Of a DNA stretch of 5,395 nt, positions 1-5,395 are shown in pieces. Both the position numbers and the translations under genes were made by a program. Source of the DNA: an uncultured Eubacteriales bacterium (GTDB lineage: Bacteria; Bacillota; Clostridia; TANB77; RGIG9151); NCBI GenBank assembly GCA_964478905.1, contig CAYZJZ010000015.1, positions 9,672 through 15,066 on the forward strand. Direction: 5' to 3'. Below the pieces are notes generated by a model. The model made no database searches and was not told where the DNA came from. It saw nothing but the letters and a program-made list of their open reading frames with translations. Every line of letters starts with the position of its first letter. The stretch's first letter is position 1.

Positions 1-4
1 TCTT

Positions 5-10
5 CCTCCC
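5..10 (-). promoter_or_regulatory. Shine-Dalgarno (GGGAGG) for a further minus-strand gene starting just beyond the left edge
   Basis: The reverse complement of 1-16 reads TGTTTTGGGAGGAAGA, immediately after the glycosyltransferase TAG stop (17-19). The start codon would lie off-window, so the target gene cannot be seen. Confidence 0.5.
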
Positions 11-16
11 AAAACA

Positions 17-1144
17 CTATTTTCTCTCATATAACTCTAAAATTCTATCAACAATCTTTTTACCTGCTTCTAAATCTCTAAATGCAAGTTGATTTTTTCT
101 AATTTTAATAAGTCGCTCCTTATCGTTAGTAATAAGTTTATTAACAGTCCTAACCAAATCATTTTGCTTATTACAAAGAAGTCCCAAATCATTTAACAAT
201 ATAAAATCAATATTTCCTTCCTCTTGACCTGGAAGAGCCCCAGTAACAATAACCGGTAAAGTACAAGTAATACATTCCATAAGTACATTCGGACTACCTC
301 TTACAATTCCGACATCATTATTAACCATTAATGTTTCAACATCCTTAACGTAACCATATATAGTAACTCTATCCAAATTATTACTAAACTTAGCTTCTAA
401 AATTTCCTTTAGTTTAGAATTTCTTCCGGCAACCGCAGAAATCCTAGAATTAGAAATTTTCAGCAATTTTTCAATAATAGCTCCCATATCTCCAGAGCCT
501 TCTCCACCACTCATAATTAGGAAATCAATATTTTTTTTCTCACGAATAGCATTATCATCTATCGACTTAATCTTTGCTCCTGCATTTAATATTTCTTTTC
601 TAACAGGAAGATTGATAATAGCCATCTTGTCCTCATCAGCACCGTTTTTAATAGCATATACCCAAGCAGATTTAGTCGGTGCAATCATTAAGTCAGCTCT
701 AGGTTCAACCCAAAGAGGAGAAATAGAAATAAGGTCAGCAAAAACAGTTGCGAACTTAATTTTCTTTTTATCTTTTCTCTTTTCAAGTAAATCCACCACA
801 GCACTATTAAAAGCCGGATGAACAGTAACAATAATATCAGGATTAAACTGGTCCACCAACTTATTAAACTTTGTTTTTATTATTCTTTTTACCACACTAT
901 TTACTAAATGGGGATCCGTCGCAGTCATAGCGTAAATAAACTTCCACATATCCTCTGATGTCCTTATTATAGGAGCATACATCTTACCTACTCTAAGTCC
1001 CATTTTCCCACCAAATTCAAACGCTTCAACAGATTTAAACTCAACATCTTTATGCTTCCTAAGTTCAACTTCCAAAGCATCAGTTATACTCTTATGACCA
1101 TGTCCAGTAACATATGATGTTAAAATTAACACGCGCTTTTTCAT
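17..1144 (-). CDS. GT-B glycosyltransferase of the UgtP / MGDG-synthase-like (GT28) family, probably a diacylglycerol glycosyltransferase for membrane glycolipid or LTA anchor
   Basis: 375-aa ORF from ATG to TAG. Blocks RVLILTSYVTGHGHKS, PDIIVTVHP, FLIMSGGEGSG, AGRNSKLKE, GYVKDV and LPGQEEGN align by eye with the Bacillus subtilis UgtP layout as I recall it (RVLILTANYGNGH, PDIIINTFP, LLIMAGAHG, CGKNTALKE, GYVERI, VPGQEKEN). An AGGGGG SD lies 9 nt upstream. The family call is solid; acceptor and sugar specificity cannot be read from the sequence. Confidence 0.8.
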   Translation of the reverse strand: MKKRVLILTSYVTGHGHKSITDALEVELRKHKDVEFKSVEAFEFGGKMGLRVGKMYAPIIRTSEDMWKFIYAMTATDPHLVNSVVKRIIKTKFNKLVDQFNPDIIVTVHPAFNSAVVDLLEKRKDKKKIKFATVFADLISISPLWVEPRADLMIAPTKSAWVYAIKNGADEDKMAIINLPVRKEILNAGAKIKSIDDNAIREKKNIDFLIMSGGEGSGDMGAIIEKLLKISNSRISAVAGRNSKLKEILEAKFSNNLDRVTIYGYVKDVETLMVNNDVGIVRGSPNVLMECITCTLPVIVTGALPGQEEGNIDFILLNDLGLLCNKQNDLVRTVNKLITNDKERLIKIRKNQLAFRDLEAGKKIVDRILELYERK

Positions 1145-1153
1145 ATGAATTTA

Positions 1154-1159
1154 CCCCCT
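1154..1159 (-). promoter_or_regulatory. Shine-Dalgarno (AGGGGG) for the glycosyltransferase gene
   Basis: The reverse complement of 1145-1160 is TAGGGGGTAAATTCAT, followed by the ATG at 1144. It sits in the 16-nt gap after the ligA TAG stop (1161-1163). Confidence 0.6.
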
Positions 1160-1160
1160 A

Positions 1161-3152
<1,992 letters not shown>

Positions 3153-3461
3153 TTATTTTATGTAAATACAAATTCCTATTCTATCTATATGTTCTACTAG
3201 TTCTCTCGTCGAACAAGTGTCATAGTGAACAACATCAAAAAAATAAGGCAATGTAGTTTCTTCCTCTAACTCATTTAATATTTTAGCCACTGTATCTATT
3301 GTTATATTTTGCCCTTTTATCGCAATATCTACATCTGAACCTCTTTTATATGTTCCTTTAGCACGCGAACCAAATACAAAAGCACTATCTACATCAGAAT
3401 ATTTTTTAATAACCTCTATAATTTCTTCCAACTCTTTCTTAGTTAATCCGCTATCTTCCAT
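3153..3461 (-). CDS. Minimal nucleotidyltransferase (MNT, pol-beta superfamily; HI0073/MntA-like), putative antitoxin of a HEPN/MNT type VII TA pair
   Basis: 102 aa. G31-S32-(x10)-D43-V44-D45 (FVFGSRAKGTYKRGSDVDIAI, codons 3327-3371) matches the GSX10DXD signature of MNT-type adenylyltransferases. A candidate third carboxylate is D76 in FFDVV. The size is typical of minimal NTases. The gene overlaps the upstream HEPN gene by 11 nt and has a GAGGAG SD 7 nt upstream. Confidence 0.85.
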   Translation of the reverse strand: MEDSGLTKKELEEIIEVIKKYSDVDSAFVFGSRAKGTYKRGSDVDIAIKGQNITIDTVAKILNELEEETTLPYFFDVVHYDTCSTRELVEHIDRIGICIYIK

Positions 3462-3855
3462 GGTTGGTCTCCTCTTTTAACTTTAAATATAGTTCTTTTA
3501 TCATCGGATAATATTTTTTTGTAATATCCTCTCCAACTAAAAGAGCCACACTCTCTTCGTAAGTATGTGACATTAAATTCCTTTTCTCCAAAGCCTCAAG
3601 CCATAAAGCACCATCAACAATTAAATTTACCGAAAAAGCAGTTTTTATAGTTTCCCTCGGAGTGCTTAATGTATAACCTTCATTTTCTAAATAATCTTTC
3701 ATTGTTTTCCAACCCAATTCAAAATTATACTCAAAGCATTGAATTAATCCTTGAAGTTCAAATTTATTTAATTCGCCTTTCTCAATAAATTCAGTAAATT
3801 GAGAAAATGCTTTTTCCAAATTAGAAAACCTTTGTTTCCAACGTATATCAACCAT
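3451..3855 (-). CDS. HEPN-domain protein of the HI0074 'nucleotidyltransferase substrate-binding protein' family, putative RNase toxin of a HEPN/MNT pair
   Basis: 134 aa. Blocks LIQCFEYNFELGWKTMKDYLENEG and EKRNLMSHTYEE match the family consensus as I recall it (IQrFEftfElaWKtlK..L and RN.tsHtY). R92-x4-H97 (3565-3582) is the HEPN Rx4-6H motif, with the typical polar Asn after Arg. Tyr99 lies at H+2. A GGAGG SD lies 7 nt upstream of the ATG at 3855. Confidence 0.85.
   Translation of the reverse strand: MVDIRWKQRFSNLEKAFSQFTEFIEKGELNKFELQGLIQCFEYNFELGWKTMKDYLENEGYTLSTPRETIKTAFSVNLIVDGALWLEALEKRNLMSHTYEESVALLVGEDITKKYYPMIKELYLKLKEETNHGR
3469..3474 (-). promoter_or_regulatory. Shine-Dalgarno (GAGGAG) for the MNT gene, embedded in the last codons of the HEPN gene
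   Basis: The minus strand reads AAAGAGGAGACCAACC-ATG. The same bases encode ...KEETNHGR* of the HEPN protein. Confidence 0.7.
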
Positions 3856-3860
3856 AATTA

Positions 3861-3872
3861 ATCCTCCGTTTT
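3861..3872. repeat. Direct repeat copy B (plus ATCCTCCGTTTT; minus AAAACGGAGGAT), the HEPN gene leader
   Basis: Exact 12/12 match to 3141-3152. It contains the HEPN gene SD and lies 4 nt from the coaD stop codon (3877-3879). Confidence 0.9.
3863..3867 (-). promoter_or_regulatory. Shine-Dalgarno (GGAGG) for the HEPN gene
   Basis: The minus strand reads ACCCAAAACGGAGGATTAATT-ATG in the 21-nt gap after the coaD stop. Confidence 0.75.
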
Positions 3873-3876
3873 GGGT

Positions 3877-4335
3877 TTATAAAATTTCTAAAACTTCCTT
3901 AGGAACCCATTTCTCTATATTCTTTCCATACTTATGTAATTCCATAACAACAGACGAACTTATATGTGCTGTTTTACCCGCTCTAAAATAAATCGTTTCA
4001 ATGCCGGAAATTTTACTATTTACAACAGCTAAATTTTCCTCGTATTCATAATCCGTACCATTCCTTAAACCTCTTACCAAAAATTTCGCACCTTTTTTTA
4101 TAGCAAAATCAACAGTAAGTCCATCAAATATCTCAACTTCAACATTTTTTATTCCATTAGAAACTAAAACTTTTTCAATAGCGTTTTTCATAGACTCTTT
4201 ATCTGTTCTTCTCTTTTTCTCACTATTAACCGCAATAGCTACATAAACAACATCAAACACACAAGCAGCCTGTCTTAAAACGTGTAAATGACCAATTGTA
4301 AACGGATCAAACGACCCGGCATAAACAGCTTTCAT
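3877..4335 (-). CDS. coaD: Phosphopantetheine adenylyltransferase (CoaD/PPAT)
   Basis: MKAVYAGSFDPFTIGHLHVL carries the (T/H)xGH nucleotidyltransferase motif in the CoaD context GSFDPxTxGH. LVRGLRNGTDYEYE and HISSSVVME parallel E. coli CoaD LIRGLRAVADFEYE and FISSSLVKE as I recall them. I moved the start from the ORF-track TTG at 4350 to the ATG at 4335, because GGGAGG (4343-4348) lies inside the longer ORF and sits 7 nt upstream of that ATG. This gives 152 aa. Confidence 0.9.
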   Translation of the reverse strand: MKAVYAGSFDPFTIGHLHVLRQAACVFDVVYVAIAVNSEKKRRTDKESMKNAIEKVLVSNGIKNVEVEIFDGLTVDFAIKKGAKFLVRGLRNGTDYEYEENLAVVNSKISGIETIYFRAGKTAHISSSVVMELHKYGKNIEKWVPKEVLEIL

Positions 4336-4342
4336 AAAATTA

Positions 4343-4348
4343 CCTCCC
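4343..4348 (-). promoter_or_regulatory. Shine-Dalgarno (GGGAGG) for coaD
   Basis: The minus strand reads TAA-T-TTGGGAGGTAATTTT-ATG. The ispG stop TAA is at 4352-4354. Confidence 0.8.
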
Positions 4349-4351
4349 AAA

Positions 4352-5395
4352 TTACGAATTAATCAAACTCATTAATTCTTCAACAATCTTATCTTCCGGC
4401 ACTTTCTTTATTATTTCTCCTTTTTTAAACAAAAGTCCGCATCCGTCACCACAAGCAACACCAAAATCAGCTTCACTTGCTTCTCCAGGACCATTTACAG
4501 CACATCCCATAACAGCAACCTTTATATTTTTATCTATATTCTCTACCGCCTTTTCAACCTTTTCGGCAATCGGCAACATATTTACTTTAGTTCTTCCGCA
4601 AGTAGGACAAGATACAAATTCAACGCCTTTATTTCTTATTCCAAGGCCTTTTAAAATCTGCCAACCAACTTTAACCTCATCAACCGGATTAGAAGTCAAG
4701 GATACCCTCAACGTATCTCCAATTCCTTCATTTAATAAAATTCCTACTCCCATAGAATTCTTAATAGTTCCGCCAAGTAATGTTCCAGCTTCTGTAACCC
4801 CGATATGTAAAGGATAATTACACTTGTCAGCAAGTAATTTATAAGCTTTTATCGTATCTGGCACATTAGAAACCTTTAAGGATACAACCATATTATCAAA
4901 ATTCAAATTTTCTAATAACTCAACATACTCATAAGCACTCTCTACAAGTCCGTCAACAGTAACTTTTCCATATTTCTCAATTACCTTTTTCGCTAACGAC
5001 CCACCATTAACACCAACTCTTATCGGAAATTCCCTCTCTTTAGCCGTATCAACAACAGCCTTTACACGCTCTAGTTCTCCAATATTTCCGGGATTAATCC
5101 TTATTTTATCCGCCCCACTTTTCATCGATTCAATCGCAAGACGATAATCAAAATGAATATCAGCCACAAGAGGAATAGAAATCTGTTTTTTTATTTCTCT
5201 TATAGCCTTTGCAGCCTCCATATCCAAAACAGCTACTCTTATTATTTCACATCCAGCATCAGTAAGCTCTTTTATTTGGTTTACAGTAGTTTTCACATTC
5301 CTTGTATCCGTATTACACATAGACTGAACCAAAATCGGCTCATTTTCTCCAATATATTTATCTCCAATTCTTACTTTCTTAGTCAATTTTCGCAT
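4352..5395 (-). CDS. ispG: 4-hydroxy-3-methylbut-2-en-1-yl diphosphate synthase (IspG/GcpE), MEP pathway
   Basis: 347 aa. The N-terminus KKVRIGDKYIGENEPILVQSMCNTDT is typical of IspG. TIM-barrel blocks IPLVADIHFD, IRINPGNIG, IRVGVNGGSL and HIGVTEAG are present. The [4Fe-4S] ligand pattern is C263-x2-C266 ... C298 ... E305 (VSCPTCGRT, MGCAVNGPGE). The ATG occupies the last 3 nt of the window, so the upstream RBS and promoter are not visible. The length fits short bacterial IspG, so this is probably the true start. Confidence 0.93.
   Translation of the reverse strand: MRKLTKKVRIGDKYIGENEPILVQSMCNTDTRNVKTTVNQIKELTDAGCEIIRVAVLDMEAAKAIREIKKQISIPLVADIHFDYRLAIESMKSGADKIRINPGNIGELERVKAVVDTAKEREFPIRVGVNGGSLAKKVIEKYGKVTVDGLVESAYEYVELLENLNFDNMVVSLKVSNVPDTIKAYKLLADKCNYPLHIGVTEAGTLLGGTIKNSMGVGILLNEGIGDTLRVSLTSNPVDEVKVGWQILKGLGIRNKGVEFVSCPTCGRTKVNMLPIAEKVEKAVENIDKNIKVAVMGCAVNGPGEASEADFGVACGDGCGLLFKKGEIIKKVPEDKIVEELMSLINS

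Noticed and set aside
5-12. Second leader repeat: TTGGGAGG shared by the off-window gene leader (5-12) and the coaD leader (4343-4350)
   Set aside because: It is only 8 nt, and 6 of them are the SD itself, so it is best explained by convergent strong RBS contexts. I kept it as a caution when interpreting the 12-nt repeat flanking the HEPN/MNT cassette.
531-538. T8 (minus-strand A8) homopolymer inside the glycosyltransferase gene (GAG AAA AAA AAT, REKKN) as a possible slipped-strand phase-variation switch
   Set aside because: Glycosyltransferases are classic phase-variable genes. However, an 8-nt A/T run coding Lys-Lys is expected by chance in DNA this AT-rich. Similar T7 runs occur in coaD (4093-4099) and ispG (5186-5192). 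Nothing distinguishes this tract without population-level length-variation data.
612-821. 69-aa plus-strand ORF inside the glycosyltransferase gene
   Set aside because: It lies antisense and fully nested within a well-supported CDS. It starts at TTG with an AGGAAG only 1 nt upstream, which is wrong spacing. The product is a low-complexity S/L/F/I-rich string, as expected from reading a K/E-rich gene backwards. It is a shadow ORF.
3155-3166. TTTACA immediately followed by TAAAAT on the minus strand, just upstream of the ligA SD, as a possible ligA promoter
   Set aside because: The two hexamers abut with no 16-18 nt spacer. Using TAAAAT as the -10 gives only a poor -35 (TAGAAT) and a transcript starting essentially at the SD. 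Matches of this quality are expected by chance in AT-rich sequence.
3153-3855. Calling the HEPN/MNT cassette a mobile element
   Set aside because: There is no transposase, integrase or recombinase, no inverted terminal repeats and no adjacent tRNA. By eye the base composition is not obviously different from the flanks. Only the 12-nt direct repeat hints at acquisition, so I report it as a possible insertion scar rather than as a mobile element.
3876-3881. TATAAA (minus strand) spanning the coaD stop codon as a possible -10 element for the HEPN/MNT pair
   Set aside because: There is no acceptable -35 at 16-18 nt upstream (TCCTAA or CCTAAG), and the leader would be only a few nt before the SD. 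It cannot be supported from the sequence alone.
5393-5395. Possibility that ispG is truncated by the window edge
   Set aside because: The ORF starts with ATG exactly at the edge, so an upstream extension cannot be excluded. However, the distance from Met1 to the conserved ILVQSM block and the total length of 347 aa fit a complete short-type IspG. I treat it as full-length with a slightly reduced confidence.

Overview
AT-rich (about one-third G+C by eye) bacterial chromosomal segment. It looks Firmicutes-like: strong GGAGG-type Shine-Dalgarno sites and K/E/I-rich proteins. All six credible genes lie on the minus strand, separated by 15-21 nt or overlapping, so this appears to be one co-directional operon: ispG -> coaD -> HEPN protein (HI0074 family) -> minimal nucleotidyltransferase (MNT) -> ligA -> UgtP/MGDG-synthase-like glycosyltransferase. 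A further gene begins just off the left edge, because an SD is visible at 5-10. Five of the six genes are ordinary housekeeping.

The only accessory content is the HEPN/MNT pair (3153-3855), a type VII toxin-antitoxin-like module. It has an intact Rx4HxY motif in the HEPN protein and GSX10DXD in the MNT. The toxin gene comes first and the two genes overlap by 11 nt. The pair sits between coaD and essential ligA with no room for its own promoter or terminator. An exact 12-nt direct repeat brackets it, with copies 720 bp apart, and deleting one repeat unit would recreate a clean coaD-ligA junction.

The protein families are known; the embedded context, the reversed gene order and the possible insertion scar are what merit follow-up. 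I saw no rRNA, tRNA, CRISPR array, transposase or integrase, and no convincing promoter or terminator. All family assignments come from motif recognition by eye, not from database searches.
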